NCBI GenBank assembly: GCA_000004695.1
Contig: CM000155.2
Span: 1,664,001-1,728,000, forward strand
Reading direction: 5' to 3'
DNA length: 64,000 nucleotides
From: Dictyostelium discoideum
Taxonomy: Eukaryota
Below, one piece after another: positions 36,549 through 49,645 of the stretch. How positions within the stretch are numbered: the first letter of the stretch is position 1; every line of letters begins with the position of its first letter. A program made the position numbers and the translations under genes. The notes below the pieces were generated by a model. It was not told the origin of the DNA, did not search any database, and worked only from the letters and a program-made list of their open reading frames with translations.

Positions 36549-37988
36549 TGGTGATTGTTGAGTATTGTCGAGTAGATTTCTTTGAGTGTTGGTGGTAGTG
36601 AAATATTATTTGTGGTTAATGTTTGAGAGGTTTGGTTTTTTGTTAATATTGGTTGTAGGGTTTGAACTTTATCTTTTAGATGTCCAATTTGAGTTGCATA
36701 GTTTTCCCATTCTTTTTTGATTTTTATCAGGTATGGAGAAGAGATTGATTTGTTGATGATTTGATCCATCCAACTTATCATGTATATTGAGTTATTTGCA
36801 GATTTATGCATTTGTAAAAATCTGTTGTATATCCATATCTTTTGAGCAACTTGTCGTAATTGTATATTCCACATACCCCAACCACCTTCTTTTAATGGTT
36901 TTAATGATATATCATAACACATCAAAGGTATTTTTGCACGTGAATGGATGGTTGATGTGTTGTTTTCAATGGAATTGGTATTGAGAGTTGGTGATTCAGA
37001 ATTTGAGGGAGAATTCATAAACCATGAGATTAATTTATTAATTTGAATTTCTTCATCTTTTGTAAATTCTTCAAGGTATGATAAATATGTTATTGGTGAT
37101 AGTGAGTAGGTGTTTATTATGGTTGTTTTTGTTTTTAATGTTGTGCCACTAGTTTTCCATAGTACTAATGATTTGATCAGTGTTTTCATTGTTTCTGGTA
37201 ATTTCCTATGTAAACCATTATGATTAAAGAAATAGCCAAGAACTCTTTCTGATTGATCTTTTTTGGTTATTGGTATTCTTTTTGATTGTGGAATGTTGTT
37301 TATTATGTGTTTATCAGTGATTTTGTGGGGGTTGATTTCTATTATTGCACTTTTGTTAAAATTTAATGATGATGATGTTGAAGAGCAGAAATTATCGAAA
37401 TGTTTGATTGATTGTTGTTGTTGTTGTTCGTAGTTGATGTTGTATGTTGTAGAGTCGTCTGCAAATTGGGTAAATTTGATTTTAATTTGTGGATTGGGTG
37501 AAATTGGTAATCCAATTATTGTATTGTCTGCATATATTGTTCTAGCTAATATTTCAATTACAATTACAAATAAAGTGGCTGAGATTGGGTCACCTTGTTT
37601 TACACCTCTTTTAATATCGAATTTTCTGGTCGTTTTACCATTAATTGAAATTTTTGCTTGTGAGTCAGATAATAGCTTGTGGATTAAATTTATTAATTTT
37701 ATTGGTATACCAATATTAATTAATGTTCTTTTAATACTATCGTGAGAGATAGAATCAAATGCTTTAAAGAAGTCAAATAGTGTGATGATACCAGGGAGGT
37801 TTTTAGATTTGAGGTAATTGATTAATTCATTGATGTTGATGATGTTGTCTATGATGAATCTGTGGGGTACGAAACCAGTTTGGTTGTTGTTGATAATGAA
37901 AGGAAGTATTCTCAGAAGACGTGCATTGAATACTTTTGAGAGGATCTTGTAATCAGTGTTTAGAAGTGTAATGGGACGACGATTTGAT
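36323..37988 (-). pseudogene. Retroelement ORF2 remnant, RT part. Open from the truncation point to a stop at 36323
   Basis: Continuous minus-strand frame ...LNNLSNRRPITLL...GDPISATLFVIVIE...FADDSTTY...GGWGMWNIQLRQVAQKIWIY...ATMK*. Confidence 0.7.
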
Positions 37989-38356
37989 AAATTATTTAAT
38001 TAAATTTTTTTTTTTATTTTTTATTTTTTATTTTTTTTTATTTTATTTTTTTATTTTAAAAAAAAACAAAAGATTCTTAATTTATTAAAATTAATCTTGA
38101 TTAGATTTTTTTTTTTTTTGGTTTTCGTTTTGGTTTACTGTGTGTTTGTTGAGGTTTTTGTATTAAAAGGTTGAGGTTTTTGTATTAAAAGGTTGAGGTG
38201 TATTTGTGTGTGTGTATGTGTGTTGATGTTTTGTTGACGTTTTTGCAGTTTTATGTAAAAATTTTACAATTGATTATTTCTTTTTATTGTTTTTTTATTT
38301 TTATTATTTATTATTTATTTATTATTTATTTTTATATAATTTGAAGTATATTATAT

Positions 38357-38674
38357 TTAATCCAACATTCCTTCTGGTAAAGCATCATCTGGATTATCGG
38401 TACCTTTTTCAGTTTCTTCTAAATCAGCTGATAAACATTTATAAGCTGGAGTAAGGAAAAGTGCTGCAAATGTAACTGTAACCCATGTCATATTTAAAAT
38501 TTTTCTAGTTGTGAAACAAACCAAATTTGCTGAACTAACAATAATATTTCCTAATGTTTTGTTGGTGCTTAATCTACTAAAAAATCCAACTGAAGGTTTT
38601 GGTGTTTCGTGAGATGTAGTTGCTGGTAATGATTTATTTTTTTTGGTTGGTTTCTTTGTTAATCCTTTTGCCAT
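38357..38674 (-). CDS. Hypothetical small protein (105 aa) with a Lys-rich N-terminus, one predicted TM helix and an acidic C-terminus
   Basis: Clean ATG-to-stop ORF in a GC-richer island between the two retroelement pieces. No family recognised. Confidence 0.35.
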   Translation of the reverse strand: MAKGLTKKPTKKNKSLPATTSHETPKPSVGFFSRLSTNKTLGNIIVSSANLVCFTTRKILNMTWVTVTFAALFLTPAYKCLSADLEETEKGTDNPDDALPEGMLD

Positions 38675-38750
38675 TTTTACTAATTATATATATATATATG
38701 TTGAGGTGATTTAAATATTATTTGTGTGTTTGTTCCTCCAAATTTTAAAA

Positions 38751-38956
38751 TTTTTTTTTTTTTTTTTTTTTTGATATAAATAAACTATTGTAGTATACAA
38801 TTAGTATGTTATTTTTATTTATTTATTTTAGGTTTTTTAGTTTTTGTGAATTTAAAATAGTATGTTATTTTAGATTAGGTAATTAATAATTAATTGGTGG
38901 TGTAATTGTTGGAATTGGTTCATTAGTGTTTATGCTCCATTCTTTTTTAAATTTTT

Positions 38957-38997
<41 letters not shown>

Positions 38998-39118
38998 TGG
39001 ATTAACAAGATTGATATATCTACCTATTTTTGATTGTTTCGGACCATTGGGTTTCTTTTTGAGTTTTTGTGAGGTTGTTTTTAATTGAGTATTGGTTAAA
39101 GTTTGATAGTGTTCTTGA

Positions 39119-39123
<5 letters not shown>
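38751..39123 (-). mobile_element. 3'-terminal fragment of the same TRE3-type element (about 350 bp with a 70-bp insertion), near-identical to 35573-35870
   Basis: Direct repeat of the 3' module: ttttgatataaataaactattgtagtatacaattagtatg...gagtattggttaaagtttgata(a/g)tgttcttgaatatt, preceded by T22. It is followed by further oligo(T) runs, each of which reads ataatc(A)n on the minus strand. Confidence 0.7.
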
Positions 39124-39154
<31 letters not shown>

Positions 39155-39185
39155 ATTATTTTTTTTTTTTACCTAAAAGCGGTGT

Positions 39186-39197
39186 AAAGAGTGGGGA
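39186..39197 (-). promoter_or_regulatory. Candidate ex-B box about 78 bp downstream of tRNA-Lys (minus-strand TCGGATCTCCCC)
   Basis: GC-rich island between oligo(T) runs that shares GGATC with the box near tRNA-Cys. Weak call. Confidence 0.25.
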
Positions 39198-39203
39198 GAT
39201 CCG

Positions 39204-39244
<41 letters not shown>

Positions 39245-39274
39245 ATTATAAACAAAAGATTTTAAAAAAAAATT

Positions 39275-39347
39275 CGCCCAAAGGGGGGCTCGAACCCCCG
39301 ACCACAAGGTTAAAAGCCTTGCGCTCTACCGACTGAGCTATCTGGGC
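39275..39347 (-). tRNA. tRNA-Lys (anticodon UUU), 73 nt
   Basis: Reverse complement GCCCAGATAGCTCAGTCGGTAGAGCGCAAGGCTTTTAACCTTGTGGTCGGGGGTTCGAGCCCCCCTTTGGGCG. Acceptor stem GCCCAGA/TTTGGGC, anticodon loop CTTTTAA and B box GGTTCGAGCCC. Confidence 0.85.
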
Positions 39348-40174
39348 ATTTTATTAGAATTATTTTCTTAATATAAGATTTTATAGAGTATATATATAAT
39401 ATAACTAGTATCTCAAAGCAATTAAAAATATCAAATTGTTGGTATTGAGTTATTAAAAAGAATCGTGTTATTTATTTCTTCGTTTTAATTTATCATTCTG
39501 TTATACAATAAGTTAATTTGTAAAGTAAATTTATTTAGGGTGTAATCAAATTTAAAAAATATAAAAAAATAAATGAAAAAAAAAAAAAAAAAAAGTGAAC
39601 TTTTGGGTAAAACGTACGTTAAACATTACAAGGGTTACAACAAAATGACCCTATATAGATTTTTATTTTTTTTTATTTTTTTTGAATTTTTTTTTAAATT
39701 TTTTTTTTGAATTTTTTTTTTTTAATTTTATTTTTAAATTAAATTTGATACCAAAGATAAACAAATGAGCTGTTTAAAAAAAAAAAATAAAAATAAAAAT
39801 AAAAAAAAAAATAAAAATAAAAAATAACTAATAAATTTCAAACAGAAATAATAACAATAATAATAATCTAGATTTATTATAAAAATTAAGAAATCCTATT
39901 AATAATAATAAATAAAATTTTTTTTTTATTTTTTTTTTTTTGTTTTGGTTGTCCCCCTTTTTAATTCATTGTTAATTTTTTATTTATTTATTTTCTATTT
40001 ATTTTTTATTTTTTTATTTTTTTTTTTTGTTCACTTAAATATATTTATATATATATAATAATTATTGAATAAATAAAAAAAAAAAGGCGGGTTGGGTGAA
40101 CAAAAAAAAAAAAAAAAAAATTATTTATTTAATTATTTATTTAATTTTAATTTAAAAAAAAAAAAAAAAAAAAA

Positions 40175-40241
40175 ATGAGACCATTACAACAATGGTCTTT
40201 GTATATAGTATCAATAATAATAATAGTAATTTTAAAAATTG
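40175..40241 (+). CDS. OSCA/TMEM63/CSC1-like (DUF221) calcium-permeable channel, exon 1 (signal peptide)
   Basis: MRPLQQWSLYIVSIIIIVILKI. A GTAAGT donor lies at 40242 (phase 1) and an AAATTTAG acceptor at 40318. Confidence 0.6.
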
Positions 40242-40318
40242 GTAAGTATGAAAAAAAAAAAAAAAAAAAAAAAAAATCGAAAAATTAATTTTTTATTTTT
40301 TTTTTTTTTTAAATTTAG

Positions 40319-42513
40319 AAAATTGTTTAAGTTCAACCAATTTTATGCCAACATTGGCAGTTGAAAGAAGGTCAACATTATTTATAGGTAATTTAACAAT
40401 AGAATCATCAGAAAGGGATTTAACTATAGGGTTATTACCAGGTACAGGTAATAATTTTGAATGGTTAGTTTTTAAAGATGGATTTAGTTTAATGGAAGGA
40501 AGGAGAGTTCAATCAGATGAATCGAATGATGCATTAAAATTTCAATGTGTTACAAGCTATGATAGTGGAATTTATTATTTCAAACAAAACGACCCAACAA
40601 ACACAGGTTACAATATAGAAACGGAAAGATTCATATTAAATGTCATTGGTAATGATACGGAAACATTGGTAATGATTAGAGAACCATCATCAATAGTTAT
40701 GTCTGGTACATCATTTTCAGTACAACCAGTGATTGGATTTGGAAGAGCGAAATTACCAACATGGAAAGGTGAATCCCGAGGAAGAATTGAACCAGTGATA
40801 TTGGAAAGTCCATCCAACGGGAAGAACATGCATTTTCTACTACAATTTAGAGGTGTCGATATAGATTTGGAGAGAAAAGAGACGACATTCAATACGCTCT
40901 CTCTAATTGGTGAGCCTGGAGTATATAGAATTGGATTCATTGATACCGATACATGTGAAATGTATAAATCAACAATGGAAATCACAGTTATTGGTACATT
41001 GAATTCGCTTTACTTTGAATGGTCATTGTCAGCATTCATAGTGTTATTAATAATCATAGTATCATTGGTAATCAATTTCATAGCAAAACATAAGGTGAAA
41101 TCAAAAGGATTCCTATCATTGAAGATGGCATTCCTCACACCAATGGAAAGTATATACAAATTCAAAGGTGAATCGATTAGATTCTACTTTAAATCACAAA
41201 GATTATTAGTATTCCAATGTTTATTCTTTACTTTTATCAGTTTGGTATTGTTCATACCAGTCACAGTGAAAGGTGATAACAAATTCCGAGACATGATACT
41301 ATTGTCACAAGCCAATTGGAATGCAAATTCACCATTTCTATTCTTTTATCAAGTGCAAGTGTTTTTATTATTCTGTTCATTAATAATTTGTTATACAAGA
41401 TTCAATGATGAAAGAATATATCTTTCACATGATAGTAATCATTTGGTAACATCAAGAAGTGTATTATTGACAGGCTTACCAAGATCATTGACCAATGTTC
41501 AAATGTTGAAAGATTTCCTTCAAACTGGTTATTCAAATGGTGTTTATTCAGTCTCAATCATTCTTATTAAAATATTTTCACAATCAGATAAAGATAACGA
41601 TTTAAATGGTAGATTGGAACATATCTATGTCGATCCAAATACTGATATAAATCAATTACCATCAGAATTGAAAGTTGAATCAACTGGTAAAGCATTTATA
41701 ACATTTTCATGTGTATCGGATGCTCATTTATTTACAAATCAATTCTCATCATACAAATGGACAAAATCATTAATTAAACGTATCACTCAACCAGTTATAC
41801 CTCAAGAGTATCGTACTGAATTGGGTACTGATAATTGGAGGGCCCACCCTGCACCAAGAGTATCCGATATACTTTGGACAAAGTTACATGACCCTGCAAA
41901 TTTTAGAAATGTTGGTTGGACAATACTACAAATGATTGGTATAACATTCTTCTTTTTGGTGATTGTATTCTTTGCCATCATCTTTTACGAAACTCAATTC
42001 TCAATCATTGACACAATTTCACCCATAGATTATGGTACCAAACAAGCCATGCTCGTTAGTTTAACCTCTTATTTAGCCTATTACTTTTGTCCAAGCATTA
42101 TTCTAATGGGTTTAAATCATTCATTACCCGGTATTATTAGATTCATTCTAATGCGATCAAATAATTATGTTAGAAGCTTTTCAAAGAGTAAAGTCATGTT
42201 AATCACCTTTATAGCTCAATCATTAATCATCGTTATTTTCCCATCTGCTTATTTCTTAATCAATGTTAATCCAGATTCCGATCATGTTTCAAATCAAAAT
42301 CTATTCTTAGTACCAATTAAATTCTTACGTAGAGGTGGTTCATTCTATATTCATTTCATTACTATATTCGCTATGTTAACTCCATTCTTAGAATTATCAA
42401 ATCTTTCCGATATAGTTTATAAAATTTTATTTCATAGAAATTTAAAAACTGAAGAAATCTTTAGTTTTGAACCTTTAAATTTAAAAAAACAATATTTAAA
42501 TTCATTATTATTA
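40319..42513 (+). CDS. OSCA/TMEM63-like channel, exon 2 (about 220-aa N-terminal ectodomain, TM helices, cytosolic RRM-like domain, pore-region TMs)
   Basis: AFITFSCVSDAHLFTNQF and WRAHPAPRVSDILWTKL match OSCA/CSC1 cytosolic-domain signatures. Multiple TM segments are present. Confidence 0.7.
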
Positions 42514-42607
42514 GTAAGTTATTATTTTTTAAAAAAAATTTAAATTAAAAAAAAAAAAAAAAAACATATTAATTTTAATTTTAATTTTATTTAAATAATA
42601 ATATTAG

Positions 42608-43494
42608 GTAATGATGATTGGTTGTTATGGACCAATTTTTCCATTATTATGGGTATTTGTATTATCATATTTAATTGTTAAATTTTATTTAGTTAAATAT
42701 GTTTGTATTGCTTCAAAGGCACCAATACCACCAAGTGATAAGTATTTTGCAGTTTCATTTCAACAATGTATTTGGTTCATTTTAACAGTGATATCAACAT
42801 TTCATTTCTATTATGTAGTTTCATTTGGCCGTGTTGATTTAATGTGTGTCTATATATTCTTGGTTGTCGTTGCATTTGGTAAATATTTCCCATCTTGTTC
42901 AAAGAGTTTATGTTATAGTTTCTTTGATGGTGCAGTTTTACCATGTTTTTCAAAAGATAATGGTAAAAATAAAAAAAGTAATTCAATTGATCCAAATGAT
43001 TCAGATTATTATGATGATGAAAGAGATCAAGATTATTATCAAGATTCTGATGATTCAGATTATGATGATGATGATGATGATCAATATGAAGATAATCATA
43101 GAAATAATGATGGTTATTATCAATATGATGATGATGATGATGATGAAGAAGAAGATGATGATGATGAAGAAGAATATGAAGATGAAGATGAATACGAAGA
43201 TGATCAAGTAGAATTAAGAAGAAGAATGTATGGTAATAGATATAATGATAATGAATATACAGAACAAGATTCATCAGGCGAAGAATATGATGTAAATTCA
43301 CCACCAGAATATTATTATGATGAAGATCGTGGTGAATTTGTTCAACAATTCCCAAGTTCTATTCATCGTCGTAATAATAATAATATGAAAAAACAAAGAG
43401 CAAATTATAGTAATAATAATAACAATAGCAATAACAATAATAATCAAAAACAGCAACAACAGCAACAACAGCAACAACAGCAACAACAGCGACA

Positions 43495-43525
<31 letters not shown>

Positions 43526-43541
43526 AAAAAACAAAAACATC

Positions 43542-43611
<70 letters not shown>

Positions 43612-44149
43612 TTACAATGTTAATTTAACAGAATCATTTGGATCAAGGCCACCACAACCTATTTCTAATGGTGTTTCAAGTGCAGTTTCTCAGCCAGCAT
43701 TACCATTATCAGCAATTCACTCACCATTACCACCACCACCACAACCAGCAACAACAACTACTACAGATTCAAATACAGATTCTAACAGTGGATTACATGA
43801 TGATTTAATTAATGAATATCTTAAAGAACCAAATCAAGATGATGTTAAATTAAATATTCATCATAAATCGAAATTAAAACAAAAGATTTTAAAGATTAAA
43901 CAAAGTTATACTCAAGATCAAGGTTTTGGATTTATGTCTAGATTCTTTGGTCGTTATAAGTTACCAACTCCAGAGTCAATGACTGTTATAACTTATCTAT
44001 CTCCTTATTTTGGTTTGGATATTTCTCAGTGTGAAAATGTTAAAGATATAGAAGAAGAAGAAGATCAAGATATTAACGATGATGATTATGAATATGATGA
44101 TGAGGATAATTTAGGTGGAGGTGGTGATTATGAAGACTATTCTTCTTAA
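42608..44149 (+). CDS. OSCA/TMEM63-like channel, exon 3 (last TM helices plus a roughly 430-aa acidic/poly-Gln low-complexity tail)
   Basis: The frame continues across a 94-bp intron (GTAAGT donor, TATTAG acceptor). YGPIFPLLWVFVLSYLIV... is followed by D/E/Y-rich and Q-rich tracts. Confidence 0.65.
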
Positions 44150-44600
44150 AAATAATAATAATAATAATAATAAATAATAATAAATAATAATAAATAATAA
44201 ATAATAATAAATAATAATAAATAATAAATAATAAATAATAAATAATTATAGAATAATTTAGATCTAAAAAAAATGGTTCAAAGAATAAATTAAATCTTGT
44301 TTTTATTTTTTTTTTTATTTTTTTTAAAAACTCCACACAACTCAAAAAAAAAAAATGAGTTTCCCCACACAACTCTTTTTTTTTTTTTTTTTGTTGATAG
44401 TCTATTTTTTATTTTTTTTTAAACAGACTATTTTTTTTTTATTTTTTTTGTTAATAGTCTATTTTTTATTTTTTTATTTTTTAATTTTTATTTTTATTTT
44501 TTTTTTTTTTTTTAATCTTTTAGTCTATTTTTTTTTTTTATTTTTTTTTTTTAATCTTTTAGAACTTACACCACAACCAAACATTGTTGATTTTAAGAAA

Positions 44601-44625
44601 ATGTCTCTTCAGCTCGATATTGATC
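44601..44625 (+). CDS. Poly-Q protein, putative exon 1 (MSLQLDID)
   Basis: ATG followed 25 nt later by a GTAAGT donor. Phase 1 is consistent with the acceptor at 44718-19. Confidence 0.4.
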
Positions 44626-44719
44626 GTAAGTGTATAAAAATTAAAAAAATAAAAATAAAAAATTAAAAAAATAAAAAATGAAAATTAAAAAATTAAAATA
44701 ATAAAAATAAATAAAATAG

Positions 44720-46848
<2,129 letters not shown>

Positions 46849-46860
46849 TATGTTGGGGGG

Positions 46861-46925
<65 letters not shown>

Positions 46926-47272
46926 AGTAATTAATAATTCAAATAGTTAAATAGTCATTAATTAAAATTTTGATAGTTTGACTATTTAATTTTATTATTT
47001 TTTTAAAAAATATATTTAAAAATTAAATAAAAATAAATCAAAAAAAAAAAAAAAAAAAAAAAAAACATAAAGTCAATTGATTTACCATAAAGTTCAAAAT
47101 TCCACAAAAACATATTTTTTCTTTGAATCATCAAAAAAAAAAAAATCTATTTTAATTTTTATTTTTTTTATTTTTTTATTTTTTTTTGGTCATCATAAAT
47201 CAGAAATTCTAATTTTAAAAAAAAAACAAAAATAGTTAAATAAATAAAAAAAAAAAAAAAAAAATTTAAAAA

Positions 47273-47824
47273 ATGACAACTAAATACATAGTTTTGGTTA
47301 GAGCACTTAGTACAAAGATTAAAATGAAAGATTTAAAAGATCAATTAGAAAAGATTAAAGGATTTAAAAATTTAAAAACATTTTTTACAACTGGAAATAT
47401 TATTGTGGATGTACAACAAACAATGACTAAAAAAGAAGTTTGTATGGAGATTTCAAATGTTCTATCAAATGAATACCAAATGGAGAAACCATTGATGGCA
47501 ATTTTCAATATTGAAGAATATAATGATATATTATCATCAAACCCATATGAAAAATCAAATGAAACTAAAACTGTGATTTTCTTTCCAATTAATGAATTTT
47601 TAAAACAATCTGATTGTGATAAAGATAAAGATTTCATGACAAAATCATCTCAATGGCAATTAGTAAATGGTGTCATTTGGTATTTAGGTCCAACAACTGG
47701 TACTGCTTCTGATGTTAAAATTTTTAAATTAATTGAAAAAAAGATAAAACCAGGTTCAAATCATGAATATACATTTCGTACTTTAAGATCAAGTCAAAAA
47801 ATATTAGATACTGCAAATAAATAA
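47273..47824 (+). CDS. DUF1697-like protein (bacterial-type family), 183 aa, intronless
   Basis: MTTKYIVLVRALSTKIKMKDLKDQLEKIKGFKNLKTFFTTGNIIV follows the DUF1697 N-terminal pattern (M..YI.LLRGINVGG...M..L...L...GF..V.TYI.SGNVVF). Length is typical of the family. Confidence 0.5.
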   Translation: MTTKYIVLVRALSTKIKMKDLKDQLEKIKGFKNLKTFFTTGNIIVDVQQTMTKKEVCMEISNVLSNEYQMEKPLMAIFNIEEYNDILSSNPYEKSNETKTVIFFPINEFLKQSDCDKDKDFMTKSSQWQLVNGVIWYLGPTTGTASDVKIFKLIEKKIKPGSNHEYTFRTLRSSQKILDTANK

Positions 47825-48189
47825 AATAAAGTAAAAATAAAATAAAGTAAAATAAAATAAAATTAAATAAAATAAAATAAAATAAAATAAATAAATTATT
47901 TATTTATTTTTTTTATTTTATTTTTTATTTTTACTTTATTATTATTATTTTTTCTATAACAAAATTAATTTTTTCAGTTTTTTAAAAAAAAAAAAAAAGA
48001 TTTGTTTTTTTTTTTTTCTCTTTTGGTAATTTAATTTTTTACTTTATTATTTTTTTTTTTTTTTTTTTAATTAATTATTTTGTTTTTCCTTTTCTCCAAA
48101 TATAAACTTTTTTATTTTTTTTGTTTTTTATAATTTTGTTTTACTTTTTCTATTATATATATTTTTTTTTTATTATCAAATATAACACA

Positions 48190-48315
48190 ATGGAAAATAA
48201 CTATTTTTGCACAATAAATGATTTATTATTAGATACATCACTGATTGTTGATGAATATTCATGTCCTCTTTGTAATCAAATATTATATAAAGCTGAAATT
48301 TATCAATGTAAAGAG
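48190..48315 (+). CDS. TRAF-like protein, putative exon 1 (start of RING: CPLCNQILYKAEIYQCKE)
   Basis: ATG ORF ending at a GTATGA donor. No canonical AG acceptor exists before the next coding segment. Confidence 0.35.
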
Positions 48316-48459
48316 GTATGAAGTTGAAATAGTAAAAAAAAAAAAAAAATTTAATTTCTAGATTTTAATGAAAGTAAAAAAAAAAAAAAAAAAACTAATT
48401 TTTCATTTTTTTTTTTTTTTTTCTGTTTCAACAAAAAAAAAAAAAAAAAAAAAAAAAAT

Positions 48460-49525
48460 TATTGGGGATTTTGGAATTGTAAAGAATGTTGGTTAGATTT
48501 AATAACAGAAGGTGAGCAGCGTAAAGATTGTAAATGTATAATTCAATCAATTAATGATTTATCAAGATCAATATTCATTGAAAATAAATTTTCAAATCAA
48601 AAAATAAATTGTCCATTTTCATTTTCATATATAAAGAAAGATTATCAATATATTGGAGGTAGTGGTGATGATGATGATGATTATGATGATGAAAATGATT
48701 CAATACCATTAATTAAAGATAAAGAGAATGGATGTAAACAAATAATTACAGTGGAAGAATTAGATACACATTTAAAACAATGTCAATTTAAATTTGTTGA
48801 ATGTCCAAATAAAAAGAATGGTTGTGAAATTCAATTTAGATTTAACAAATTAGAGATTCTAAAAGATCATGAACAAATATGTGATTCAAGATTTGAAAAA
48901 TGTAAACATTGTTTAGAATTAATTGTATTTAAAAATTTAAATTCTCATCAAGATCAATGTATTAAAACATTAATTGAGTGTATTAGTTGTAAAAGTCACA
49001 TTGAAAGAGGAAAATTGAAAAAACATTTAAATCTAAATTGTCCAAATGAAATCGTTGATTGTGCATTCAAAGCCAATGGTTGTAATGATCAAATGAAAAG
49101 AGTCGATCTATCACAACATTTATTAATTTCAAAACATATGTTATTCATTTCAGAATCGATTGAAAAACAGCAAAATCAAATCCAACATACTAAAAGAAAA
49201 TATTTAAAATTAAAAAGAAAAATTCAAGAAATTAATGAAAATTCAATTAATAAAATTTATGAAAATGATTGGTTCATAAAGAATTTTACAAAATCAAAAA
49301 AAAAAGTTGGTTCTTTTTTTTTAGGTCCTGAATTTAAAATTGGTTCTTTTGAATTTGGTTTATCATTGTATCCAAATGGTAGAATTGATACATTTGAAAA
49401 TCATTTAGTAATTGCATTATTTGAAAAAAGTGGTCTTTATAAATCAGTAACTGTAGAATCTGATTTTACATTAATTAATAAAGAAGAATCTGATAATAAT
49501 AATAAAAACTATTTTTTTGAAAATT
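48460..49525 (+). CDS. TRAF-like protein, main exon (rest of RING, TRAF-type zinc fingers, start of MATH domain)
   Basis: ...NCKECW..., repeated C/H-rich TRAF-zf motifs (ECPNKKNGCEIQF...HEQIC, ECISCKSHI...HLNLNC, CAFKANGC) and a MATH domain (WFIKNFTK...GSFEFGLSLYPNG...HLVIALFEKSG). The 5' boundary is uncertain. A GTAAGT donor lies at 49526. Confidence 0.6.
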
Positions 49526-49645
49526 GTAAGTTAAAACTAAATTATTTTAATAAAAAATTCTATACAAATTCTAATTAATTTATTTTTATTTAATAATAAC
49601 AACAACAATAACTTTAACAACAATAACTATAACAACAACAACAAC

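Larger units (their letters stand above)
35559..37988 (-). mobile_element. 5'-truncated, frameshifted non-LTR retrotransposon (TRE3-type) on the minus strand with a 3' oligo(A) at 35559-35574
   Basis: The minus strand encodes RT motifs homologous to the element at 228-2387 (NRRPITLLNTDYKI, FDFFKAFDSISH, QGDPISATLF, FADD) and a CCHC-like tail. It lies downstream of tRNA-Lys. The reading frame is split into two overlapping frames. Confidence 0.75.

Noticed and set aside
37434-37745. Plus-strand ORF (103 aa) with ...VAEIGSPCFTPL...
   Set aside because: Same antisense-of-RT artefact, this time opposite the minus-strand TRE3-type RT.
39150-39260. Possibility that the oligo(T) runs downstream of tRNA-Lys are just a Pol III terminator plus ordinary A/T spacer
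   Set aside because: Not fully rejected, since a T-run terminator is expected right after the tRNA. However, there are three long runs (13-33 T), each followed by a gattat/gatata stub resembling the element terminus. This favours aborted insertions and is kept as a finding with stated uncertainty.
40608-40985. Minus ORF of 125 aa
   Set aside because: Antisense within OSCA-like exon 2.
42777-43612. His-rich, Met/Ile-rich and Leu-rich ORFs within the OSCA-like gene tail
   Set aside because: Off-frame or antisense readings of GAT/GAA/CAA repeats encoding the acidic/poly-Q tail.
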